Assembly: GCA_964586775.1 (NCBI GenBank)
Contig: CAZPJD010000184.1
Span: 1,668-65,667, forward strand
From: an uncultured bacterium
GTDB taxonomy: Bacteria; Lernaellota; Lernaellaia; JACKCT01
DNA: 64,000 nt
Reading direction: 5' to 3'
Part shown: positions 54,809 to 63,315 of the stretch, piece after piece
Layout: each line of letters begins with the position of its first letter
How positions within the stretch are numbered: the stretch's first letter is position 1
Made by a program: the position numbers and the translations under genes
Notes under the pieces: generated by a model
Databases searched by the model: none
The model's input: the letters and a program-made list of their open reading frames with translations, nothing else
Told to the model about the DNA's origin: nothing

Positions 54809-57241
54809 TTGACTTGGGCGTGCGCGCGGCGATCATACCGCCACTTTTCGAGGACTGACCGCGTCGTGCCACGCGCCGAATCATCCGGCAGATTTTACAT
54901 CGCCCTCGCCGTCGCCACCGGCGCGACGCTTGCGCTGGAGATCGTCCAGACGCGCCTGCTCTCCGTCGTCTCGTGGTACCACTTGGCGTTTTTCGTCATC
55001 AGTCTCGCGATGTTCGGCATGACGCTCGGCGCGCTTTACGTATTCCTGCGCCCCGAACGCTTCGACGCCGCCCGCCTCGACGAGCATCTGTCGCGAAGCG
55101 CCTATTTCGCGGCGATCGCCGCGGCCGTGGCATGGCTCGATCAGCTCTGCCTCGCGCCCGAGATGGTGCTCTCGGCGAGCGCCGTTGTCGTCTTCGCCCG
55201 GCTCGCGATCACCGTGTCGGTGCCGTTCTTTTTTTCGGGCATCGTCGTCACGCTCGCGCTCACGCGCTCGCCCTTTCCCATTGGACGCACCTACGGCGCG
55301 GACCTTGCCGGCGCGGCGCTCGGATGCGTGGCGGTGATTCCGCTACTCGGCGTGCTCGACGGCCCGAGCACGATCTTTGTCGCCGCGTCGCTCTTCGCCG
55401 TGTCGTCGGCGCTTTTCGCGCCCGCGGGAAAAAGGCGGCGCGGCGTGGTGCTCGCCCTCTTCCTCGTCGCCCTCGCGGTGGTGAACTCGCAGACGCGATT
55501 CGGCCTCGACCCCATCATGGTCAAGGGCCAAGCCGAAAAACGCCACTGGGTCGCCTACGAGCGGTGGAACAGCTTCTCGCGCATCATCGCTTACAAGCCG
55601 TGGAACGAATCGCCCAAGATGGTGATGTGGGCCGCGTCGGACAAGACGCCGACGACGCCGGTCGAGTTCGTGATGATGAATATCGACGGGCTCGCGGGCA
55701 CGGCGATCTTCAAGATGGCCGGCGATCCCGCGAACGTCGATTTTCTTCGTTACGACGTCACGACGCTCGCGCACCACGTACGCCAAGGACGCGCCGCGAT
55801 CATCGGCGTGGGTGGCGGGCGCGACGTGATGGCCGCGCTGGCGCTCGGGCACCGCGAGGTGCTGGGCGTCGAACTCAACCCCGCGTTCACCGAGGCGCTC
55901 ACCGGGCCCTACCGCGAGTTCGCCGGGCTCGCCGACCACGCGGGGGTGCGTCTCGTGACCGACGAGGCGCGCAGCTACTTCACGCGCGACGACGGCCTAT
56001 ACGACGTGCTTCAGGCGAGCCTGATCGACACGTGGGCCGCGACCGGCGCGGGGGCCTACAGCCTGTCGGAGAACTCGATCTACACGGTCGAGGCATGGCG
56101 CGTCTTTCTGGATCGCCTCACGCCCGGCGGCATCTTCACCGTGTCGAGGTGGTATGCGCCGGACCGGCTCGACGAAACCGCGCGGCTGTTGTCGCTCGCA
56201 GCGGGGACGCTGCTCGCGCGCGGCGTCGCCGAACCGTCGAAGCACATTCTTCTTGCCGCGCACGGACAGGTGGCGACGATCCTCGTCTCGAATGATCCCT
56301 TTGCGCCGCGCGACATCGCCCGCTTCACCGCCGCCTGCGCCGAGATGGGATTCGAGGTCGTGCTCGCGCCGGGGCAAGAGACCACGAGCGAAGCGCTCGC
56401 GGCCATTTTGTCGAAGACGAATTACGACGACCTCGTCACCTATGGCCGGAGCACGCCACTCGACCTGACGCCGCCCACCGACGCGCGCCCGTTTTTCTTC
56501 AACCTGCTGCGCCTGTCGCGTCCGTGGGAGATCGCGTCGTACCTCGGTCGTCCGTCGGGCGTGGTCGCGGGCAATTTGATCGCCACGCTCACGCTCATTG
56601 TCATCTTTTTTGTCACGGCAGCGCTGGCGGCGGCGACGATGATCCTTCCCGCGCGTTTCGCCCCGGCGGGCTCGCCGCGCCCGGGCGCGCGGGCGCTCGC
56701 GTACTTCGCGCTGATCGGGCTCGCATTTATGCTCTCCGAAATCGCCTTCCTTCAGCAGCTCTCGGTGTATCTCGGTCACCCGGTCTATTCGCTCGCGGTG
56801 GTGCTGTTCTCGATCATCCTGTTCACGGGGCTCGGCAGCTTCGCGAGCGATCGGTTCGCGCTGGACACGCCGACGCGCATTCGCACCTTTGCGCTCTTGG
56901 TGTCGGGCTATCTGATCGCCATGGCCTGCGCTCTGCCGCGCCTGACCGCTCACTTCGGCGCGCTGGAGCTCGCGGGCCGGATCGGGCTATGCGTCGCCGT
57001 GCTGGCCCCCGCGGGGCTGTTGATGGGTCAGGCGTTTCCCGCGGGGATGCGGTGGGCACGTCGCGGGCTCGCGGCCGGCAACGACCCGACGCCCTGGCTG
57101 TGGGCTGTCAACGGCGCGGCGGGCGTGGTGGCGAGCGCCGCCGCGGTGATGATCTCCATCGCGTTCGGAATCACGACGACGATGATCGCGGGCGCGGCGT
57201 GTTACGCGTCGATCGCGTTCGTGGTGAGATCGGATCCCTGA
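54809..57241 (+). CDS. Polytopic membrane protein with embedded spermidine-synthase-like methyltransferase-fold domain
   Basis: About 7 N-terminal and about 6 C-terminal hydrophobic helices flank a soluble domain with IIGVGGGRDV and GVELNP motifs. Start uncertain (ATG 54809 or GTG 54866). Confidence 0.75.
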   Translation: MTWACARRSYRHFSRTDRVVPRAESSGRFYIALAVATGATLALEIVQTRLLSVVSWYHLAFFVISLAMFGMTLGALYVFLRPERFDAARLDEHLSRSAYFAAIAAAVAWLDQLCLAPEMVLSASAVVVFARLAITVSVPFFFSGIVVTLALTRSPFPIGRTYGADLAGAALGCVAVIPLLGVLDGPSTIFVAASLFAVSSALFAPAGKRRRGVVLALFLVALAVVNSQTRFGLDPIMVKGQAEKRHWVAYERWNSFSRIIAYKPWNESPKMVMWAASDKTPTTPVEFVMMNIDGLAGTAIFKMAGDPANVDFLRYDVTTLAHHVRQGRAAIIGVGGGRDVMAALALGHREVLGVELNPAFTEALTGPYREFAGLADHAGVRLVTDEARSYFTRDDGLYDVLQASLIDTWAATGAGAYSLSENSIYTVEAWRVFLDRLTPGGIFTVSRWYAPDRLDETARLLSLAAGTLLARGVAEPSKHILLAAHGQVATILVSNDPFAPRDIARFTAACAEMGFEVVLAPGQETTSEALAAILSKTNYDDLVTYGRSTPLDLTPPTDARPFFFNLLRLSRPWEIASYLGRPSGVVAGNLIATLTLIVIFFVTAALAAATMILPARFAPAGSPRPGARALAYFALIGLAFMLSEIAFLQQLSVYLGHPVYSLAVVLFSIILFTGLGSFASDRFALDTPTRIRTFALLVSGYLIAMACALPRLTAHFGALELAGRIGLCVAVLAPAGLLMGQAFPAGMRWARRGLAAGNDPTPWLWAVNGAAGVVASAAAVMISIAFGITTTMIAGAACYASIAFVVRSDP

Positions 57242-57255
57242 CCGCTGGTGGCCGC

Positions 57256-57283
57256 TTTTCATTTCGAAGTTGGCCCCTATAAT
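57256..57283 (+). promoter_or_regulatory. Sigma70-like promoter for the ATPase/DUF4276-like pair
   Basis: TTTTCA, 16-nt spacer, TATAAT. The perfect -10 hexamer is conspicuous in this G+C-rich background and lies 42 nt upstream of ATG 57325. Confidence 0.4.
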
Positions 57284-57324
57284 GGCCAAACGGCTCCGTG
57301 ACCGGAAGGGATAAAGGTGCCGCG

Positions 57325-58758
57325 ATGCTGCTTCGACTTCGGATCAAAGGGTTCAAGAATCTCGCTGACGCGGAGATCCGTTTCGGACCGCTCACTTGCT
57401 TCGTCGGCCCGAACGGTGCAGGGAAATCCAACATATTTGACGCGATCCGGCTACTCAAGCACCTCGCGGACTACGAGATCATGGCAGCGGTCGAATCGAT
57501 TCGGAACGCGTCGCGGCCGTCGTTTCGACTGCGCGACCTACTCTGGAATCCCGGAGTCAACTCCAAGATCTTGTTTGAGGCGGACATGATCGCTCCTCTA
57601 TCCGTCGAAGACGACTTTGGAGTTGAGTGTAAGCCGAAGGCGAATTTCCTACGCTATGTTCTGGAATTGAGGTACGATCAGAACCCGGAGAAACTCACCG
57701 TTGAGCGGGAACAATTGTCGCCGCTCCAAATCAGCGAAGCCGCGAAACTCCTGGGTTTCGAACACTCGGGGGCGTTTAGAAAAAGCGCTCTCACGACTCC
57801 CCGTCGGCGCGGACCATTTATTTCGACGGATGAAACGACGAAGGACCGGCCGGGGATTCAGCTTCACCAAGATGGCGGCAGTCGCGGGCGTGCCATCCCG
57901 GTGGGTCGCTCGCCTCGAACGGTCGTTGGCGGGACAAATGCGGCGGAATTTCCCACTGTTCTCGCGGCGCGTCGGGAAATGGCGTCGTGGCGGATTTTCC
58001 AACTGGAGCCATCGGTCATGCGTTCGCCGGATCCGATCGGCGGCGAAGATCGCATCGACGAACGAGGCGCGCATCTTGCCGCCGCCATCGAACGTCTACG
58101 GGCCGCTGAGACAGGCGATGGGCGCATCCTTCAAACGATATCCAATCGGCTGGGTCAACTGCTACCGGAGGTTCGATCGATACGGATCGAGCGGGACGAG
58201 CGAGTGCAAAGGTTGTCGCTAATGATGAAAATCAAGGGATGCGAACACGAACTTGGCCCCATGTCACTATCCGATGGTACGTTACGTTTCTTGGTGCTCG
58301 CGACCTTGGCGGAAGACCCAGAGGCGTCCGGAGTGGTGTGCATGGAGGAGCCCGAGAACGGAGTTCACCCGAGCCGAGTGCCCGTCATGTGCGAACTGCT
58401 GAGGGATTTGTGCGTCGATCCGAAAGAGGAGGTCAACGAGGACAACCCCTTGCGGCAGGTTATCGTTAATACTCATTCCCCTGATGTCGTGAGTGAGTTC
58501 GACTACTCCGAGATCCTGTTCGTGCGATCAGTGGACAGTTTTCAGGGAATCATCGCAAAGGTGTTTCCGGTCGACGATGGCAAAGAACGATCATCTTGGC
58601 GACTGAAATATCGACGTGAACTGCGCGGCGTGCCCTTGCGCGAAGTGATTGACTATATCGGAGGCACGCAGAGACGCCGCGCTCGTCTGGCCGACGAAAA
58701 GACGGGTGACCTAAAACATCGAAAAATGAAAACCACGCTGGATCTACCGCTGGGATGA
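57325..58758 (+). CDS. ABC/SMC-type (AAA_15/AAA_21-like) ATPase
   Basis: ATG 57325 after AAAGG. N-terminus MLLRLRIKGFKNL, Walker A GPNGAGKSN, signature-like LSDGTLRFL, Walker B VVCMEEPENGVHP, H-loop VNTHSP. Long insert between Walker A and the signature. Confidence 0.8.
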   Translation: MLLRLRIKGFKNLADAEIRFGPLTCFVGPNGAGKSNIFDAIRLLKHLADYEIMAAVESIRNASRPSFRLRDLLWNPGVNSKILFEADMIAPLSVEDDFGVECKPKANFLRYVLELRYDQNPEKLTVEREQLSPLQISEAAKLLGFEHSGAFRKSALTTPRRRGPFISTDETTKDRPGIQLHQDGGSRGRAIPVGRSPRTVVGGTNAAEFPTVLAARREMASWRIFQLEPSVMRSPDPIGGEDRIDERGAHLAAAIERLRAAETGDGRILQTISNRLGQLLPEVRSIRIERDERVQRLSLMMKIKGCEHELGPMSLSDGTLRFLVLATLAEDPEASGVVCMEEPENGVHPSRVPVMCELLRDLCVDPKEEVNEDNPLRQVIVNTHSPDVVSEFDYSEILFVRSVDSFQGIIAKVFPVDDGKERSSWRLKYRRELRGVPLREVIDYIGGTQRRRARLADEKTGDLKHRKMKTTLDLPLG

Positions 58759-59372
58759 GTGACTTTCGACCACTTCGTTATGTGTTGATCGCTGATGGAT
58801 CATCGGATCGTCTGCTCGCGCCGATCATCGATTGGACATTGCGCATGGCAGATTCGAAAGCTCGACTCGAGATTGAGCCAGGGTATGTTTTTGAGCGAAA
58901 ACATCGCTCAATTTCTGAAGTAATTTCTGAGGTTAGAGAACATTATTTCCCAGATGTCATTTTTGTGCATCGCGATGCTGAAAACTTGCGGTGGGACGAA
59001 CGCGCGCGGGAAATCCCCGTTGCTGACGATTTGATCCCTGTTATTCCGGTGCGCATGATCGAAACGTGGCTATTGTGCGACGAAAAAGCCATTCGAGGCG
59101 CTGCGGACAATCCGAACGGAACGGCCCCGCTCGATCTTCCCAGATTGAATGATTTGGAGTCCGTCCAAAATTCAAAGCAGGTACTTGAGGATAAGCTTCG
59201 CTTGGCGACGGAGTTGAACGCACGCAGACGCGCGAAATTCAAGGTGAACCGCGCCATACACCGGTTGGTCGAACTGATCGAAGATTTCAGTCCTTTGTCC
59301 GCCTTGCCCGCCTTTTCCCGATTTCAGGTTGACGTCCGACGGTTTCTGGAGAATCTGAAGAGCTTGGAGTAA
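58755..59372 (+). CDS. Small acidic-motif protein, DUF4276/Toprim-like (family assignment tentative)
   Basis: ATGA overlap with the ATPase stop. Ordered motifs YVLIADGSSD, VIFVHRDAEN, PVRMIETWLLCDE. Markedly AT-richer codon usage than the surrounding genome. Confidence 0.55.
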   Translation: MSDFRPLRYVLIADGSSDRLLAPIIDWTLRMADSKARLEIEPGYVFERKHRSISEVISEVREHYFPDVIFVHRDAENLRWDERAREIPVADDLIPVIPVRMIETWLLCDEKAIRGAADNPNGTAPLDLPRLNDLESVQNSKQVLEDKLRLATELNARRRAKFKVNRAIHRLVELIEDFSPLSALPAFSRFQVDVRRFLENLKSLE

Positions 59373-59399
59373 CCATCCGAAACCGAACCGGGACAAGGC

Positions 59400-60062
59400 T
59401 CAGTTCGTCGCCGCGACCTCGGACGCTTTTTTCGCCTCGTGATCGGCCACCGCCGCGTTCACATCGGCCTGGATCTTCGACGACAGGATCTTCGTCGCGG
59501 CGCTCATCGCGGTGACGACCGATTCGGGCGTGTGCGTTTCGACGGGGTGCGTCTCGCGGTAATTGCGCTGGAAGAGCACGGTCTTCTTGCCGCCCTGATG
59601 CGCCATGAGGATCACGCGCATCTGCAGCACGGAAAACCACGTGTCGTTGTCGTCCTTCTCATAGATCTCGTCGATGATGCCCTCGATCTCGTAGTCGGGA
59701 TTGATCGAGCTGCGCACGTCCACCACCGCGCGATACTGCTTGCCGTCGATCATGTCGCGCACGAGCAGGTCGGCGATCATGTCGCCCGGGTTCACGATCC
59801 ACAGGTGGTATTCGTAGGGTTTGCGTTTGCGCTTGCTCGTCGAATACAGGATCTTTTGCGACTGGTACGACGGCGCGACCTGGAACGACCCCACGCGCAC
59901 GACGACATCGTCCAGAGTCGGACCCGACACGGCGGGCGGGTTGTATTCGAGCTGGTAGTAGAACTTTTCCTGATAGTCGCGCGTCACGTTGAAGCAGCCC
60001 GCTGAGAACGCGGCGAGCGCGAGGGCGGCGGCGAGCGAAACGGTCGCGGGGAAATTTCTCAT
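59400..60062 (-). CDS. ABC-type transport auxiliary lipoprotein (PqiC/YmbA, DUF330-like)
   Basis: Signal plus lipobox (LAAFSAGC). ATGA-coupled to the upstream MCE gene. About 220 aa, typical for the family. Confidence 0.75.
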   Translation of the reverse strand: MRNFPATVSLAAALALAAFSAGCFNVTRDYQEKFYYQLEYNPPAVSGPTLDDVVVRVGSFQVAPSYQSQKILYSTSKRKRKPYEYHLWIVNPGDMIADLLVRDMIDGKQYRAVVDVRSSINPDYEIEGIIDEIYEKDDNDTWFSVLQMRVILMAHQGGKKTVLFQRNYRETHPVETHTPESVVTAMSAATKILSSKIQADVNAAVADHEAKKASEVAATN

Positions 60063-60991
60063 TTGGGCTTCTCCTCGTCGGCAAGGCCGCGCGGCGACAC
60101 CACGCGCTCCGGCGGCGGCTCGGAGAGCAGCGTCTGCGCCGGGTCCTCGCTGATTTTTTCGGTGATGCGCGCGAGGTTGTCGGTGGTGCGTCGCAGGTTG
60201 ATGAGCACCGCGGCCATCTCATTGTCCATGCGGTCGATGATGTCGTTGAGGTTCGAAACCGCCAGATCGACGCCTTGGAATGTCTGCGCGAGATTCACGG
60301 ACTCGATCTGCTTCGTCAGGCTCTGCACGAGAATGCGAAGCTGCGCGAGCGCCTGCTCCATCTCCACGATGGAGTTCTCCGTTTCCTTCTTCTCGGCCAG
60401 ATAACGCACCCGCTCCGCCGTGCCCGCGAGCGCCTCGAGCAGCCGGTCGATCTTGGGATCGTTCATGCGCCCCGAGATGGCCACGAAGCTGCCCTTGACC
60501 TCGTCGCTGATGCCTTCGAAATCGACGCCCATCACTTTTTCGTAAACGTTTTGCACGGCGGCGAAGAGTTCCGCCGTGGACGACGCGCGACCGGGCAGGT
60601 ATTCGTGCGAAGGCTTGAACGCGATCTCGATCGGCGCGGATTCGGGCGCGCGCGTGATTTCGACGAACTTCATACCCGTGATGCCGGCCATGGCGAGCTG
60701 CGCGCGCATGTCGGGCTCGGCCTGCATGGTCTTGTCGGTCTCCATGACGACCTCGATCATGCGGCCGTCCGGCGCGACCTTGATGTCCTTGACCGCCCCG
60801 ACCACGACGCCCATGAACTTCACGGGCGAGCCGACCTCGAGCCCCTGCACCGTCTCGTCGAAGTACGTGACGTAAAGGCGCGTCTCCGACAGGAACTTCG
60901 ACGCCCCTAGCCAGATCAGCGCGCCGACGAGGATCAGCGTTCCGCCGATGACGAAAAGTCCCACTTTGAATTTGTGCGCTTCGGTCGACAT
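60059..60991 (-). CDS. mlaD: MCE-domain protein (MlaD-type substrate-binding subunit)
   Basis: ATG 60991 after GGGAGA. N-terminal TM helix (VGLFVIGGTLILVGALIWL) and MCE motif (FDETVQGLEVGSPVKFMGVVVGAVKDI). The upstream part of the 419-aa track ORF is artefactual. Confidence 0.85.
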   Translation of the reverse strand: MSTEAHKFKVGLFVIGGTLILVGALIWLGASKFLSETRLYVTYFDETVQGLEVGSPVKFMGVVVGAVKDIKVAPDGRMIEVVMETDKTMQAEPDMRAQLAMAGITGMKFVEITRAPESAPIEIAFKPSHEYLPGRASSTAELFAAVQNVYEKVMGVDFEGISDEVKGSFVAISGRMNDPKIDRLLEALAGTAERVRYLAEKKETENSIVEMEQALAQLRILVQSLTKQIESVNLAQTFQGVDLAVSNLNDIIDRMDNEMAAVLINLRRTTDNLARITEKISEDPAQTLLSEPPPERVVSPRGLADEEKPK

Positions 60992-61013
60992 GCGCTCTCC
61001 CGATCCCCCGGTT

Positions 61014-61850
61014 CTATTTGCCCTTGGTGTGCAGCGACTGCCGGTTGAAGAAGTCGCGCACGAAGGGGTGCGTGTGGTGATCGCGCAGGCCCTCGGGCGT
61101 GCCCGTGGCGATGATGTTGCGGACCGATTTGTCGAGCATGATGACGCGCTGGGCGATCGTAAAAATCGAGGCGAGTTCGTGCGTGACGACCACGATCGTG
61201 ATGCCCAGGGATTTGCTGAGCTGCATGAGCATGTTGTCGAGCTCGACCGACGAGATCGGATCGAGCCCCGCTGACGGTTCGTCGCAAAACAGCAGCCGGG
61301 GGTCGAGCGCCATCGCACGGGCCAGCCCCGCGCGCTTTTTCATGCCGCCGGAGATTTCGTTGGGCAGGTGGTTCTCGAATCCGTGCAGGTTGACCATGTC
61401 GAGCTTCATGCGCACGAGGATGTCGATGACGTCGGGCGACAGATCGGTGTATTCGCGAAGCGGCAGGGCGATGTTTTGGGCGAGCGTCATCGATCCGAAC
61501 AACGCGCCCGACTGAAACAGGATGCCGACCTTGCGCAGAATTCGCTCGCGGTCTTCGCCATCGGCCTTGGCGATATCCTCGCCGTCGATCAGGATCTGCC
61601 CCGAATACGGTCGTTCGAGCCCGATGATCTGCCGCAGCAGCGTGGATTTTCCGCAGCCCGAACCGCCGAGGATGACGAAGATCTCGCCTTCGTACACGTC
61701 GAACGTCACGCCATTGAGAATCGTCGCGGAACCGTAACGCACGACGAGATCGCGGACCTGGATAACCGCCTTCCCCGGCGGCGGGTCGAGCACGCCCGTG
61801 ACGATCCCGCTGTCCTTCGTGGATTCGACCGCCGCGCTCATCGTCGTCAT
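61014..61850 (-). CDS. mlaF: ABC transporter ATP-binding protein (MlaF type)
   Basis: Walker A GGSGCGKST, signature ISGGMKKRAGLARA, Walker B LLFCDEPSAGLD. ATG 61850 overlaps the permease stop (ATGA). Confidence 0.9.
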   Translation of the reverse strand: MTTMSAAVESTKDSGIVTGVLDPPPGKAVIQVRDLVVRYGSATILNGVTFDVYEGEIFVILGGSGCGKSTLLRQIIGLERPYSGQILIDGEDIAKADGEDRERILRKVGILFQSGALFGSMTLAQNIALPLREYTDLSPDVIDILVRMKLDMVNLHGFENHLPNEISGGMKKRAGLARAMALDPRLLFCDEPSAGLDPISSVELDNMLMQLSKSLGITIVVVTHELASIFTIAQRVIMLDKSVRNIIATGTPEGLRDHHTHPFVRDFFNRQSLHTKGK

Positions 61851-63007
61851 CCGAAATACGTGAACAACACGGTAAAGACCGCGTCGGCCACGATGATGAG
61901 GAATATTCCCGTTACGACCGCGCTGGTGGTGTACTGCCCCACGCTGGCCGCGCCGCCGCGCACCTGAAATCCGCGCATGCATCCCACGAGGGCGATGATC
62001 ATCGCGAACACGGTGCACTTGATCAATCCCTGCGAGATGTCCCACAGCCCAATCGCCTCGTAACTTTGCGCGATATACGCGCTGAGCGTGACGCCACCCT
62101 GCGTGGTGCCGACGATCATGCCGCCGACCAGACCGAGAAAATCCGCATAGAGCGTCAGCAGCGGAACCATCAGCACGAGCGCGATGACCTTGGGCACGAC
62201 CAGAAAACGCACCGGGTCGAAGCCCATCGTGGCGAGCGCGTCCACCTCCTCGCTCACCTTCATCGTGCCGATCTCCGCGGCGAAGGCCGATCCCGATCGC
62301 CCCGCGACGAGGATGCACGTCATGAGCGGTCCGAGTTCGCGCAGCACCGACAGGCCGACCAGGTCGGCGCAAAAAATGTTCGCGCCGAATTGCGAGAGCT
62401 GTAAGACCGCCTGAAAGCCGAGGATCATGCCCATCAGCAGCGAGATGAGGCCCACGATGGGCAGGGCGTCGGCCCCCGCGCGCTCCATGTAGTAAAGCGT
62501 GTCGCGCCAGCGAACGCTGCCCGGGTGCAGCGCGGCATGCGTGAGCGCCAAGGTGGCATCGCCGACAAAGACGAACATCTTGCGCACGTCGGCGAGCATA
62601 TCGAGGGTCTTCTCGCCGATCTCGACCGGCACGCTGATGGGCTTGGGCGCGACGATTTTCTTCAGTTCGGAGAGCTTCTTGCGATCGACGAGCGAGAGCA
62701 GCCCTTCGACGTCGCCGCGCAAACCGATGAGGTCGAACTCGATCCCGCCTTGGCGGCACGAACGCTCGGTCTCGACCAGAATCGCCGCCCCCGCGCCGTC
62801 GATGTACGCGAGCCCGGTCAAGTCGATGACGAGGCGGCGATGGGGCGAGCGGGCCAGCGCGTGGCCGAGGTCCTCGTGCACCCGATGCGCGTTGGTGATC
62901 GACAGCCGCCCGCCGATACGCACGCGCTTCTCCGAGCCCGTCGCGTCGTCAACGGCAAACTCGTAGGTGGCGGACTCGTCGGGAATGATGGACTTGCGCT
63001 TAGCCAT
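61847..63007 (-). CDS. mlaE: MlaE-type ABC permease with N-terminal STAS (MlaB-like) domain
   Basis: The first ~115 aa look STAS-like (RIGGRLSITNAHRVHEDL...LVIDLTGLAYIDGAGAAILVE). The remainder is a 5-6 TM MlaE permease (GANIFCADLVGLSVLRELGPLMT). Confidence 0.85.
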   Translation of the reverse strand: MAKRKSIIPDESATYEFAVDDATGSEKRVRIGGRLSITNAHRVHEDLGHALARSPHRRLVIDLTGLAYIDGAGAAILVETERSCRQGGIEFDLIGLRGDVEGLLSLVDRKKLSELKKIVAPKPISVPVEIGEKTLDMLADVRKMFVFVGDATLALTHAALHPGSVRWRDTLYYMERAGADALPIVGLISLLMGMILGFQAVLQLSQFGANIFCADLVGLSVLRELGPLMTCILVAGRSGSAFAAEIGTMKVSEEVDALATMGFDPVRFLVVPKVIALVLMVPLLTLYADFLGLVGGMIVGTTQGGVTLSAYIAQSYEAIGLWDISQGLIKCTVFAMIIALVGCMRGFQVRGGAASVGQYTTSAVVTGIFLIIVADAVFTVLFTYFG

Positions 63008-63315
63008 CGCCGGTCGGGCAACCTCAATCTTCAGGGGATCTCGATGGAAGGCCGCATCTTAGGGAAAAAGCGGCAATCCGTAAATTGAACCGACGACTTT
63101 GGGAACGCGGGGGGGCGCCAGGACTGTGACCGGCTTCACGAACCATTGGCGTGAACGAGCCGTTCGCCAAATTTTCGCCGCGCCGCATCAAGTCGACCGG
63201 CGAAAACGCCGATTTCATGGCGTATTCTCACGCAGGTTCTATCGGGTCGCCGGGCCGCGTGGTAGATTGCGCCTGTCCCGACCAGTGCGGAGAGAAACGG
63301 CGAAGGGAGCCGAAG

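Noticed and set aside
63008-63315. glmS ribozyme in the long glmS leader (GGCGCCAGGACTG resembles the 5' AGCGCCAGAACUGG of the ribozyme).
   Set aside because: I could not find the pairing partner for P1, the conserved ACGAGGA core or the downstream pseudoknot elements in the expected order. The resemblance is limited to about 12 nt. A covariance-model scan (Rfam RF00234) would settle it.
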